Assembly (NCBI GenBank): GCA_016219595.1
Contig: JACRLY010000069.1
Coordinates: forward strand, 158 to 64,157
DNA: 64,000 bases
Source of the DNA: Ignavibacteriota bacterium
GTDB lineage: Bacteria; Bacteroidota; Ignavibacteria; Kapaibacteriales; UBA2268
Direction of reading: 5' to 3'
Notes under the pieces: model-generated
The model's input: only the letters and a program-made list of their open reading frames with translations
Databases searched by the model: none
Told to the model about the DNA's origin: nothing
Shown here: positions 18,400 through 28,194 of the stretch, in pieces
How the letters are laid out: each line of letters starts with the position of its first letter
Numbering within the stretch: position 1 is the first letter of the stretch
Program-made: the position numbers and the translations under genes

Positions 18400-18431
18400 T
18401 AAAAACCCCATTTTCTTTTTAAAAAATGGGG
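18400..18431 (-). terminator. Hairpin with T-run on the minus strand
   Basis: The stem ccccatttt/aaaatgggg is followed on the minus strand by tttttatttgc. Confidence 0.4.
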
Positions 18432-18706
18432 CGTTGTAATTGGATGAAAAAATTAAGTATAAATTTCAGCGAGTCAGGATCCTCTGCAACAATTTCCCAA
18501 GAGGATGGGTATAATACTATCATCTTGACTATCAATAGTACCGTAAGATTATTGGATTTTGTCCTGAAATTCTTGCTAGCTTAATTTTTCCCAAAACACA
18601 AAGAACCAGTATAGGAATTATATATTAAACTATTTTCTTGTCAAGAGAGAAATATCATTTAAAGAAAAACAAAAAAACAGATAAAAAACCCAAAAAAAAT
18701 ATCAAT

Positions 18707-19513
18707 CTAATTATCCAACAATCCTACGTGCCTACCTGATGGTGTTAACCATATTGGTTCATTCAAGCGGTAAAAATTGTAAAAACTCAAAAAACAATAA
18801 CGATTTTCAGGTAGATGTCTGACCAAAGAAGATAAATGTTGTAATTGTCTATGAAGTTTATCTATCTCAACTCTCACTTCCTTATTCGTGTATTCTTGGG
18901 GACGACAAAAGCAATTATAGTCTAAATTGGAATAAACAATCAGAACTTTAACCGGAGCGTTCAGATTATTTTTTTTAAAGTTAAAATCTTTGAAGACATT
19001 TTCATATTTGAGAAGTTTTTCACTAACCACTCTATCAACTGTTTTTTTTCTCTCAACTTCAACTAAAAAGATATACTGCTTCATTGTAATTTTGTTAGTC
19101 ATTTTGATTAATAAATCCGGTCTTAAAATAGAGAAGTTCTGGTGGTAATGAATTTCAATAATGAATTGATTATAAAACCTTAAAAAACCCAAGCCAATAT
19201 CACGAATCATGCTTTCGTGCATTATGTTATATGGGCTTTTGGTCGAGCCTTTCCACTTAAACTCTTTAGCCCTACCTACATACTGCGAGCCGAGTCTGGA
19301 AATTGAGAAAAATTGCTCCTGGCAGAGATTACGGACTTTGGTAATGGTATTTATTGGCTGGATAAGCTTTTGTTTTTCCAATTCTTCAAAGGCTTTTCTG
19401 GTATTGACTAAAGCTCCCAAGATGGTTATGGCATTCGGAGAATAGAAATTGTTTTTGGTAGCTATGCCTCCCAAGTCAAGCATTTGATTGAGAATGAGCT
19501 TGAATTTATCCAT
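18707..19513 (-). CDS. Replication-relaxation-like protein, paralog 2
   Basis: ILRPDLLIKMTNKITMKQYIFLVEVERK is the same PD...ExE layout and position as in ORF 5715-6563. Length and N-terminal wHTH-like region are similar. Confidence 0.5.
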   Translation of the reverse strand: MDKFKLILNQMLDLGGIATKNNFYSPNAITILGALVNTRKAFEELEKQKLIQPINTITKVRNLCQEQFFSISRLGSQYVGRAKEFKWKGSTKSPYNIMHESMIRDIGLGFLRFYNQFIIEIHYHQNFSILRPDLLIKMTNKITMKQYIFLVEVERKKTVDRVVSEKLLKYENVFKDFNFKKNNLNAPVKVLIVYSNLDYNCFCRPQEYTNKEVRVEIDKLHRQLQHLSSLVRHLPENRYCFLSFYNFYRLNEPIWLTPSGRHVGLLDN

Positions 19514-19566
19514 ATAATTATTCTAAGATTATCCATTATACTATTTTATTTACTATTAGACTATAG

Positions 19567-19700
19567 GTGCATATCTTGTCCGCAGGACAGCATTCTCTTT
19601 TTTGCGAAACGGTAATTATAGTAGTGGAGTAAATGGAGAATGCTGTCCTGTTTGTCAAGTGCGGTTTTCCGTCTTAGACAAACAAGACAATGATATGCAC
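19567..19700. promoter_or_regulatory. Nested inverted repeats upstream of paralog 2 (candidate operator / oriT-like hairpin)
   Basis: A perfect 15-bp inverted repeat, caggacagcattctc (19583-19597) with gagaatgctgtcctg (19636-19650), has a 38-nt spacer. An outer imperfect repeat, gtgcatatcttgtc (19567-19580) with gacaatgatatgcac (19686-19700), flanks it. Confidence 0.45.
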
Positions 19701-20019
19701 ACTATTGTTAATATGGCTTTTTTAATAAAAATGAGTATATGTAGTTTAGATGAAGAAGTTGAGAATACAGTTATTAGAAAATTATGGGGTATGTAGAAAA
19801 TTCAGTAAAAATTCTTCCACTGTATTTATTTGATGAGTGTTAAAACTACGAATATAAACACAATTTTAAGGACCGAAAATAGATGATAGATAGTTATTAA
19901 TCTTCCAGAAAAAATATTTGGGTATCTCAGAAAAATATATTTGCGATTTTGCCAGAAAATAGTTAGTTTAAATGAGAATGGGTATTTTTATGTAATTATT
20001 AAATAATATCAAATTTAGC

Positions 20020-21090
20020 ATGAAAGATTTTATCAAAAAAATATTTTCAAAATTAACTACCCTATATAGAAATAATAAAGTTGGTTATATTGTAACAATT
20101 ATTATTTTATTTTGTAGTATATCACTTTTTTTTATTTTTATTTCTGAAATTATTAATTTTTTCTTTGCCTTATTTATAAATAAATATAATTCTGTTTATT
20201 TATTTGGAGGTATTGCCTTTCTTGTCTTAATTTTCTATATAATATATTTTATTTGGACTGTTCCAAAAAAACTCTTGGAAAATACTAGTGATGAATTTAA
20301 AACTAATTATAAAAATTATCATTCAGCAATAAAAGATTATAGGACGACTAATGCTCAAATTGTAGCTGGAGTTTTTTTCCTTCTAACTGCTTTTCTTACT
20401 TATACTCAAATCCAAAACGAAAAAATAGCAACTAATGATAGATTAACTTTAGACCAGTATCAAAAGGCAATTGACCAATTAAAAGATACAGTGATGGCTT
20501 CAAAGTTTGGTGGTATTTATTCCCTAGAGAAAATAATGAATGAAAATGAATATTATCATTGGAAGATAATAGAAATTCTATCTAATTATATTAGAGAAAA
20601 AAGATTTATTAAATATAATTTAGCACCAAAAGAACAATTAGATATAGATATTCAAACAATTCTAACTGTACTTGGAAGAAGAAATTCTAATTTCAAAAAT
20701 AATTATAATTTTTTACTTGTTGATTTAAGTTATTCTAATTTATATAGAGCTAATTTTGCAGTTAATGATACAAATGGTAGAAACTTCAAAAATTATAATT
20801 TTAAAAATTCAAATTTACAACATACATATTTAACATCTGCCCATTTTGAAAATGCTTATTGTGCACAAACACATTTTGATACTGCTGATTGCCTTAATGC
20901 CCATTTTGAAAATGCTGATTGTAGGTATGCAGATTTCACAGCTGCAATACATTTAACAGCAGCACAACTTAGTAAAGCAAAAACTCTATATGAAGCAAAA
21001 TTAGATATTGAGATAAAGAAAGAAATAGAAGAAATGATAAAAAAAGATTATGTTAAATACGGTCATTTATTTAAAAAACCAAAAAACTAA
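20020..21090 (+). CDS. Membrane-anchored pentapeptide-repeat protein
   Basis: N-terminal hydrophobic helices are followed by C-terminal A(D/N)LxX-type repeats (LSYSNLYRANFAVND...HFENAYCAQTHFDTADCLNAHFENADCRYADF). Confidence 0.65.
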   Translation: MKDFIKKIFSKLTTLYRNNKVGYIVTIIILFCSISLFFIFISEIINFFFALFINKYNSVYLFGGIAFLVLIFYIIYFIWTVPKKLLENTSDEFKTNYKNYHSAIKDYRTTNAQIVAGVFFLLTAFLTYTQIQNEKIATNDRLTLDQYQKAIDQLKDTVMASKFGGIYSLEKIMNENEYYHWKIIEILSNYIREKRFIKYNLAPKEQLDIDIQTILTVLGRRNSNFKNNYNFLLVDLSYSNLYRANFAVNDTNGRNFKNYNFKNSNLQHTYLTSAHFENAYCAQTHFDTADCLNAHFENADCRYADFTAAIHLTAAQLSKAKTLYEAKLDIEIKKEIEEMIKKDYVKYGHLFKKPKN

Positions 21091-21335
21091 TGAAATATTT
21101 TCAATAATTATTTATCATTTTAAATTAATCTAATATTATTTGTAATGATTTCCATCATTGATTATAAGTTAAACTTCATTAACACAATAAAGCCAGTATT
21201 AATTTTTATCAATATTTTGACTTAAATCTGAATATTAAGTAGTCAATACTTCGGGAAAAGCAATAAAAAAAATTTTGTATATTAGCTATTCCTGAGTTTT
21301 ATTAGATAAAATAATGGAATATTAAAAAAAACATC

Positions 21336-21359
21336 TTGGCTACGATTTGGCTACGATTT
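21336..21359. repeat. Tandem 11-bp direct repeat (ttggctacgat x2)
   Basis: ttggctacgatttggctacgattt lies about 110 nt upstream of the tRNA fragment. Confidence 0.6.
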
Positions 21360-21470
21360 ATTGTGAAAACAGCGATGAAAGAGTATAAAATACAACTTTA
21401 AATAGAATCAATAATAAATAAATATTTATGAAACTTAGCATGAATACTGACTTTTCAGAATTTGTCTGTC

Positions 21471-21517
21471 ACTGACTACGGATCAGAAGGTTTGGGGTTC
21501 GAATCCCTACTGGTGTA
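21471..21517 (+). pseudogene. tRNA-Arg(ACG) 3' fragment (anticodon arm to discriminator); no 5' half
   Basis: The fragment folds as anticodon stem ctga/tcag with loop ctACGga, variable region aggtt, T-arm tgggg-ttcgaat-cccta, and acceptor 3' strand ctggtgt plus a. The 26 nt upstream cannot form a D-arm or pair with the acceptor strand. Confidence 0.7.
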
Positions 21518-21868
21518 CTGATTTTATTCTTATTAATTACCTCGGGAAATTATTTCACTTTATTACTTTAGTTCCTAAAATCAATTCTTCAATTATTAAA
21601 AATTATTCAATTTAAATCCGGTTTATTATTAAAATTACTGATTAGTAATTTAAATTAAAAAATATTTTCTATATTTTAAAAGACTTACGACGATGTTGAA
21701 AAATATTTTAGAAAAAATTTGTCACTAATCATCAAAAAAGCACACTACACATATATAGGGATGATTATTTTTAAAATATCGATTATTTTAATTTAATTTG
21801 AAAGTTGATTTATAGATTTATATAATATTAAGAAAATAAAAATTTAGGATTTTTAGCTTTTTAGTTTT

Positions 21869-22456
21869 ATGAATGATTATAGTACATACAGGGATTGGGA
21901 ATTATTACTATTATTAAATGAACCGAAGCCTACGATGGATATTGTTTTTCATGAATTATTCCTAAGACATTCGGGTAGTTTGATTGGATATTGCAGATAT
22001 AAGGTTAAGAACCAGAGAGATGCTGAAGATATATTTCAGGAAACCTGGTTTGCTTTTCATAAGATTGTGAAAAGCAGACAAACGATATTGAATATTCAAG
22101 CCTATCTAATCGGTACAGCAAGAAAATTAATAAAAGCTTATAATTTAAAAAATATGCAGGAAGAACAGATTTTTGTTCATTTTGATGGATTAGAACTTGA
22201 TAAAATTGTTACACCATTAAGCTTTCCACGAACATTCGATGAAGAAGAATTAGTTGCACTTTTGAAAATCGGTTTGACTGAAATAGAAGAAATATACAGG
22301 GAAACTTTTATTCTCAGAAGTTTTAATAAACTTTCATTTTCAGAAATTGCGGAGATAATGGATGTAACAATTGACAATGTAAAACATAGATATTACAGGG
22401 CAATTAGAATGTTAAAGGATTATTTTAAAGAATATATAGAAAATGTAAAATATTAA
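21869..22456 (+). CDS. ECF-type RNA polymerase sigma-70 family factor
   Basis: Region 2 (DAEDIFQETWFAFHK) and region 4 (SFSEIAEIMDVTIDNVKHRYYRAIRML) are present. Confidence 0.8.
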   Translation: MNDYSTYRDWELLLLLNEPKPTMDIVFHELFLRHSGSLIGYCRYKVKNQRDAEDIFQETWFAFHKIVKSRQTILNIQAYLIGTARKLIKAYNLKNMQEEQIFVHFDGLELDKIVTPLSFPRTFDEEELVALLKIGLTEIEEIYRETFILRSFNKLSFSEIAEIMDVTIDNVKHRYYRAIRMLKDYFKEYIENVKY

Positions 22457-22467
22457 AAGGTGGATAT

Positions 22468-23619
22468 ATGGATACAGAAGATCTAATAATAAAGTATTTT
22501 GAAAGAGACATCAGTGATGAAGAAATGAAGCTGATGTTTAATAAAATCGGCTCCGATGATAATATGATGAACGAGTTTAAAAATTACTGGATGTTGGATT
22601 ATGCAACAAAACAGTGTGCAGATTCATTTTCCCCGCCAACTTATGTTGTGAATAATATTTATTCCAAACTAGGTTATACTATACCTTCCGGAACAGCTTC
22701 TGCTCAAGTTAAAAACTCAATTTTCAGCAGGGCAAATTTATGGGGAAATGTACTTTCGGGTATTTTGGGAATAATTCTGACTTTATCGGTTATGTTGATT
22801 TTCTTTTATCCAACTGCAAATCAGGCTTTTGTCAAAGAAGCAGGAACAAAATTAAATGCTACAGAAAGTACGAACAATCAAATTCCAAAAATTGAAAGTA
22901 AAACAATAGCCATACCTGAGAAAAATATTAATAGTAATAATTCTCATTCAAAATTATTGGAACATAGTGTAAATCAGGAAAGTACTCAACTGCCGGTAGA
23001 AACTAATCTTAAAAATGAAATTTCTTATTCTACTGAATCACCTGTATCTATGAATCAGATAAATAATAGTAAAAAATCATTTACTAACCTCAGTTACCAT
23101 GCAAATAGGAATTATTATAATTTATACATGAATGAACCTATTGGATTGACACTTGGAATAAATAACACACCATCCTGGGATATTCATAATAATAATATAC
23201 AGTTTCATACAATTTCATCATTTAATAATCTCTGCTTATCTTTAAGTTATAAAGTTGATGATATAATAAAAATTGGAACTGAAGCGAGGCAGGAAACTTT
23301 CCATACCGAATATACCGGAATAGAACCAAACGACACTGCATATTTATATAAATCACAAACTAACCTCACTACATTCAGTTTGATCTCACGTTTCGATATT
23401 TATGATTTTTATAATTTCTATACTTATTTAGGATTGAATTTTGGTATTAATAACGGGGGTTTTATTACCAGACCTAATATCGGAATAGAATACCATGCGT
23501 ACCCGGATTTAGCATTTGCCTTAAGTTTTGAGTACAGCTATTTTAGGTTTACTCATCAGAATAATTGGTTTGGTGCTTCAAAAGTTGGTGTTAATTACGG
23601 AGTGCATTTAAATTTCTGA
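22468..23619 (+). CDS. Putative anti-sigma factor with one TM and an OMP-like C-terminal domain
   Basis: It sits 11 nt downstream of the ECF sigma gene. A central TM (VLSGILGIILTLSVMLIFFY) is present. The C-terminus has alternating aromatic/hydrophobic beta-strand patterns and ends in ...GVNYGVHLNF. Confidence 0.5.
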   Translation: MDTEDLIIKYFERDISDEEMKLMFNKIGSDDNMMNEFKNYWMLDYATKQCADSFSPPTYVVNNIYSKLGYTIPSGTASAQVKNSIFSRANLWGNVLSGILGIILTLSVMLIFFYPTANQAFVKEAGTKLNATESTNNQIPKIESKTIAIPEKNINSNNSHSKLLEHSVNQESTQLPVETNLKNEISYSTESPVSMNQINNSKKSFTNLSYHANRNYYNLYMNEPIGLTLGINNTPSWDIHNNNIQFHTISSFNNLCLSLSYKVDDIIKIGTEARQETFHTEYTGIEPNDTAYLYKSQTNLTTFSLISRFDIYDFYNFYTYLGLNFGINNGGFITRPNIGIEYHAYPDLAFALSFEYSYFRFTHQNNWFGASKVGVNYGVHLNF

Positions 23620-23630
23620 AAGATTGAATA

Positions 23631-24087
23631 ATGAAATTAATTTACGATACATTCTTTTATTTTATTTTCTTTTCATTATTAAATTCATGCAATGATATTA
23701 GTAATTACAGTGATAACTCTTTTAGGACACCAATTCTCAAAATTTTGTCAAAAGAAGATTCTTTAGCATATCTGTCATATAAGGATATTGACTTTGGAAA
23801 AGTTCATTGGCATAGGATTCCAAATCTTAAAGTAGTTTTCAACAATAATTCAGAAACTGATACAGTACTAATTTAAAGTATTCACGGCTAAAAAAAATTA
23901 TGGTTTTAAATTCTATCCTGAGAAAGGATTTCCGATTTTAATTTTACCACAAAAAGATAATTCTGATAATAAAATTTTAATAGATTGGAATACTGATGAA
24001 GTGTCTGTCGGTTATTTTGAAGATGTAGTGATAATTAACGAATCTAAAATTATTAGATTAAAAATAAAAGGTAATATTTATAACTGA
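23631..24087 (+). pseudogene. Small lipoprotein gene interrupted by a +1 frameshift near 23869-23878
   Basis: ORF 23631-23876 has a lipoprotein-like signal (FFSLLNSCND). The reading frame continues in the +1 frame from 23872 (FKVFTAKKNYGFKFYPEKGFPILILPQ...KGNIYN*) to the stop at 24085-24087. Confidence 0.45.
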
Positions 24088-24269
24088 TTTAACAGTAAAG
24101 TAAATAATAGTTATTTTTGCCATATCTAAATTTTAATAAAACCACTTATATAATAATAGAAGACTGAATTTTCTTCAATTTCCCGATTAATTAGTTAGTA
24201 CAAATTTTATTTTTAGATTAATCTAAAATTAATAATTTTGTAAATTCATTCACAATCAGGGTAAAATAT

Positions 24270-25169
24270 ATGAGGAAATTTTTTAAATGGCTGGGAATTA
24301 TTATTGGCTCAGTAATACTAATTTTTGCAGCAGTAATACTATTCCTATACATAAGTACAAACAACCGTATAGAAGAAAAATATACAATTAATATAAATAA
24401 ATTGAATATACCCGAAGATTCGGTATCAATTGAACAAGGCAGACACAGAGCTTTATTATGCCAGGGATGCCATGGTGATGATTTAGCCGGAAAGGTAGTA
24501 TTCAGTTCACCGGCAATTTGCGAAATAATAGCTCCTAATTTAACTCCCGGCAATGGGGGAGTCGGCAAAAAATATACAAATGAAGATTGGGTAAGAGCAA
24601 TTTATCATGGCGTAAAGAAAAATGGAAATGCCGTTCTGATTATGCCCTCAGAGGATTTTCATAATTTCAGTAAAGAGGATTTATTTACTGTCGTTTCATT
24701 TCTCAAAACATTACCACCTGTGGATAATGAGACAAAACCATGCAGGTTAACATTCTTTGCTAAAGTATTAGTTTCATTAGGAGCTTTTGGGAATGTTTTG
24801 AATGCTGAAACAATTGAACATACTAATAACTTCAGTGAATCTGTACATATAGATTCGAATACAAAATTCGGGAAGTACATTGTAAATATTTCAGGATGCA
24901 GGCATTGTCATGGTAAACAACTTAATGGGGGAAAAGTTCCGAATCCTGATTCTCCTCCGGGAGCAAATATAACGCCTGGCGGAAACCTGGAAAAATGGAG
25001 CGAATCTGATTTTATTACAACGATTCGCACCGGTAAAACACCTGAAGGTAAATTATTGAATCCGGTTTTTATGCCTTGGCGGGATTTTTCCAAAATGTCG
25101 GACACAGAAATTTCTGCTATATATAAGTATTTAAAATATTTACCTAAATTAAAAAAATTCGATGCATGA
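24270..25169 (+). CDS. Membrane-anchored diheme c-type cytochrome
   Basis: An N-terminal TM is followed by two CxxCH motifs (CQGCH and CRHCH). Confidence 0.8.
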   Translation: MRKFFKWLGIIIGSVILIFAAVILFLYISTNNRIEEKYTININKLNIPEDSVSIEQGRHRALLCQGCHGDDLAGKVVFSSPAICEIIAPNLTPGNGGVGKKYTNEDWVRAIYHGVKKNGNAVLIMPSEDFHNFSKEDLFTVVSFLKTLPPVDNETKPCRLTFFAKVLVSLGAFGNVLNAETIEHTNNFSESVHIDSNTKFGKYIVNISGCRHCHGKQLNGGKVPNPDSPPGANITPGGNLEKWSESDFITTIRTGKTPEGKLLNPVFMPWRDFSKMSDTEISAIYKYLKYLPKLKKFDA

Positions 25170-25173
25170 AAAT

Positions 25174-25207
25174 AAAAAAAACCAGCGGCTACTCCGCTGG
25201 TTTTTCT
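25174..25207. terminator. Bidirectional intrinsic terminator between convergent genes
   Basis: aaaaaaaaccagcgg-ctactc-cgctggtttttc. Confidence 0.7.
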
Positions 25208-25224
25208 ATTAATAGTTGATTATT

Positions 25225-28068
25225 CTAATATGCAAATATCATTGAATAAATAATCCACAAAACAACCGATAATCCTATAGTCAAGGCAACCCAGCCAAAT
25301 ATCTTTAAAATTTTAAGAATATTTGGTGAAAACGGATTAGTTAATTTATCTTCAATATCTCCGCTGCTGATAAGCCTTTTGTATTCATCAGGTCTTTCCA
25401 TTTTCAATTCATCCAAAGTAACCTGACCAGAGAAAATAACTGTATCCATTGGGAATTTCTCCGGTCTGAAATGAGTATTAAAAAAGTGGACTGTGAAAAT
25501 GAATCCGGCTGCAAGCAAAGCTTCGTCGCTATGTACAATGGTAGCTACATTAAGTAACCATCCCGGGAATACATAAGAAAATATTTCAGGGAACCATAAT
25601 GAAAGCCCGGTGGAACCGATAACAAATATTCCCCAGAATACTGCAAAGTAATCGAATTTTTCCCAATATGTCCATCTGCCGTAATTTGGTCTCTGTCCTT
25701 TGCCAAGATACCATTTCAATGATGCAATTACATCTTTTAAATCCTTAATTGTAGGAAGCATTGTATAAGGACCGAATAGCATTTCTTTCCAGGATTTGTA
25801 TTCTTTCTTTTTCTTACTTAACAAATCAAATATATGAGTGATGAATATGCCGAATAACAAAGTGGCAGCAAACCTGTGAACGGTTCCGGCATTCTCGATG
25901 CCACCAAAAGTATAAGCTATCACTTTTGCCAAACCTGTATATGAAAATTTAACTGTCAAACCTGTAACTGCAAGACTAAGGAAACTGACAATCATAGTAA
26001 TATGCAATACCCTTTCGAGCGGAGTAAATCTCGAATACATTTTAGTCGTTTCATCATGTGGATGCTCAGCAAGATATTTCTTCATTTCTCTACGCATCTG
26101 CACCGACCTCGGTAGCCAGAACAGTGTATGCAGGAATGATAATGAAAATGTACCTAACAACAATAATGTCATTCCCCAGAATGTCCAAAATAGCCATGGG
26201 TATTTTTCAGGATCATGATGAGTAGCATGAGTAAAATACTTAGTAAATCCTTTATTTGCATTTTTATGGCACTTTTGACAAGTAACCACTATATTATCCC
26301 TATGCAAAGAAGATTTATAATTTGATACAGGTAAAATATTATGTGAACCATGACAATCACTGCACTTTGCAGCTTTTGATGAACCTAAACGGGACACTTT
26401 ACCATGGTATGTATCAAAATATGTTTCAGATATTTTTTTGTGGCATTTTCCACATGAATTTAAAATTTCCAATCTGAACTGGTCTTTATCAGTTCGTTTG
26501 ATTGTATGCGCCGTATGGCAATCATTGCAAACAGGCAGTTTCTTTTTATCTACAGTTGATACAAATGGTGAGTGGATACTTTTATTGAATTCCTCCTGAA
26601 TACCATAATGGCAGTTGCCGCATGTTTTTGCTATATTATTAGGATGAATTGATGATGCGGGATTTTTGTATGGCAAACCTTTATGTGCCGTATGACAATC
26701 TGTACATGTAGCTGTAACTACAAGTCCGCTTTTTATCAAACCCTGCCCATGTATACTTTCTTTATAATGTTCAATTACACTATGTTCGGTTCCTTTATAA
26801 TATCTCGTTGCCACTTTACCTTCCTGGTGGCATCTCGAGCAAAGCTTTGGTATATTCAATGCGAAAATCGGAGAGTTTTCGTCTAATTTTCCCAGAACTC
26901 TGTGTGAACCATGGCAATCGACACAATATGGCGCATCGGTATTTTTTCTTTCTTTTAACATGCCGTGATAGCTTTTGGAGTAATCATCACCTACCTGGGT
27001 GTGGCATGAAGAACAATCAACTTTCTTTGAAATGGCATCACAAGGTCTTGCATGATTCGGATTAACCTCAACATGGCATTGGGCACATGCGATTTTATAA
27101 TGTTTGGATTCACCAAGTTCATGGGAATTTACAAACATGGATTCGCCGGTAGAAGATTTCAAAGAAGATGCATCATGACATTTTTTGCAACCGGCATCAG
27201 CAAGATTTTGCGGATAAAATACTTTCCTTACTTTATGAGGTTGATGGCAATCGATACATGCAGGCAATACCCTTGCTTCTTTCTCCCATAATCTGCCGTT
27301 AATTACCTTCTTATGTACATACTCTATTGAAGCATGGCATTTAGTGCATGTAGCCGCAATATTTTTCCTGTTAATAGTTGACCTTGAGTCTGTATGCGGT
27401 AAAATCCTGTGAGGAGAATGGCACGATGCACATGTAGCACTAACCACTAATCCTTTTTTAATCAGACCTTCTCCATGTATTGATTCGGAATAATTTTCCA
27501 AAATATGGCTTTCCGGGATATTTCTCTGCAATTGGACAGGTGAACCTTCCCTGTGGCATCTGCCGCAAAGCTGAGGCACGTTCATCGGATAGACAGGTGA
27601 TTTTTTATCTTTAATAGAAACTATATCATGTTTACCGTGGCAAGTCTGGCAAGCTGGAGCTAATTTATCACCTTTATTATATGATTTTCCGTGCATGCAT
27701 TCATTATATAATCCTTGTTCCTCTTTATGACAGGAACCACACTGTGCTTTTTTCGGCTTATCATGAGGTAAATCCTTGTTAGCCAAATCGCTGTGGCAGC
27801 CAATACATTGAATTTTAGCATGAATTGATTTAGAATAATTTTTTTCATCAATAAAACCGGATATTTGCTTACCGCCCCTGCTAATTTTTAATGTCTTATC
27901 ATTATGACACATCAGGCAGTCATCATTTGACGGATTTTGTTCCTGGCTTGTTAACGGGAACGATAAATAAATAGAAAGTACGAATATCAGTGTTGTTATG
28001 AAAACAATCGGTACAATTTTATGAAGTTTTTTATTAAAAATAACATTTCTCAATTTACACTCCTCCAT
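25225..28068 (-). CDS. 19-heme c-type cytochrome fused to a C-terminal b-type cytochrome membrane domain (CbcL-like architecture)
   Basis: I count 19 CxxCH motifs in the N-terminal ~620 aa. The C-terminal ~320 aa has several TM helices with conserved His (HITMIVSF, HRFAATLLFGIFITH, HSDEALLAAGFIFTVHFFNTH), as in the HydC/FdnI/PhsC cyt b family. Confidence 0.75.
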   Translation of the reverse strand: MEECKLRNVIFNKKLHKIVPIVFITTLIFVLSIYLSFPLTSQEQNPSNDDCLMCHNDKTLKISRGGKQISGFIDEKNYSKSIHAKIQCIGCHSDLANKDLPHDKPKKAQCGSCHKEEQGLYNECMHGKSYNKGDKLAPACQTCHGKHDIVSIKDKKSPVYPMNVPQLCGRCHREGSPVQLQRNIPESHILENYSESIHGEGLIKKGLVVSATCASCHSPHRILPHTDSRSTINRKNIAATCTKCHASIEYVHKKVINGRLWEKEARVLPACIDCHQPHKVRKVFYPQNLADAGCKKCHDASSLKSSTGESMFVNSHELGESKHYKIACAQCHVEVNPNHARPCDAISKKVDCSSCHTQVGDDYSKSYHGMLKERKNTDAPYCVDCHGSHRVLGKLDENSPIFALNIPKLCSRCHQEGKVATRYYKGTEHSVIEHYKESIHGQGLIKSGLVVTATCTDCHTAHKGLPYKNPASSIHPNNIAKTCGNCHYGIQEEFNKSIHSPFVSTVDKKKLPVCNDCHTAHTIKRTDKDQFRLEILNSCGKCHKKISETYFDTYHGKVSRLGSSKAAKCSDCHGSHNILPVSNYKSSLHRDNIVVTCQKCHKNANKGFTKYFTHATHHDPEKYPWLFWTFWGMTLLLLGTFSLSFLHTLFWLPRSVQMRREMKKYLAEHPHDETTKMYSRFTPLERVLHITMIVSFLSLAVTGLTVKFSYTGLAKVIAYTFGGIENAGTVHRFAATLLFGIFITHIFDLLSKKKKEYKSWKEMLFGPYTMLPTIKDLKDVIASLKWYLGKGQRPNYGRWTYWEKFDYFAVFWGIFVIGSTGLSLWFPEIFSYVFPGWLLNVATIVHSDEALLAAGFIFTVHFFNTHFRPEKFPMDTVIFSGQVTLDELKMERPDEYKRLISSGDIEDKLTNPFSPNILKILKIFGWVALTIGLSVVLWIIYSMIFAY

Positions 28069-28194
28069 TCGAGACTATGTTTCTCCATTTTTCAGGAGTT
28101 ACTATAACTTTAAATAAAATAAAAATATATTTTTTAAGAACTATTAAAGTTCAATTTTTCACATGGTTATTGAATTTATAAATTCAATTATCCC

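Noticed and set aside
19602-19796. 64-aa plus-strand ORF (TTG start) with a CPVC motif.
   Set aside because: It starts inside the nested inverted repeat and uses a non-ATG start. The Cys pair is encoded by the repeat arm itself, so it is more likely a by-product of the regulatory structure.
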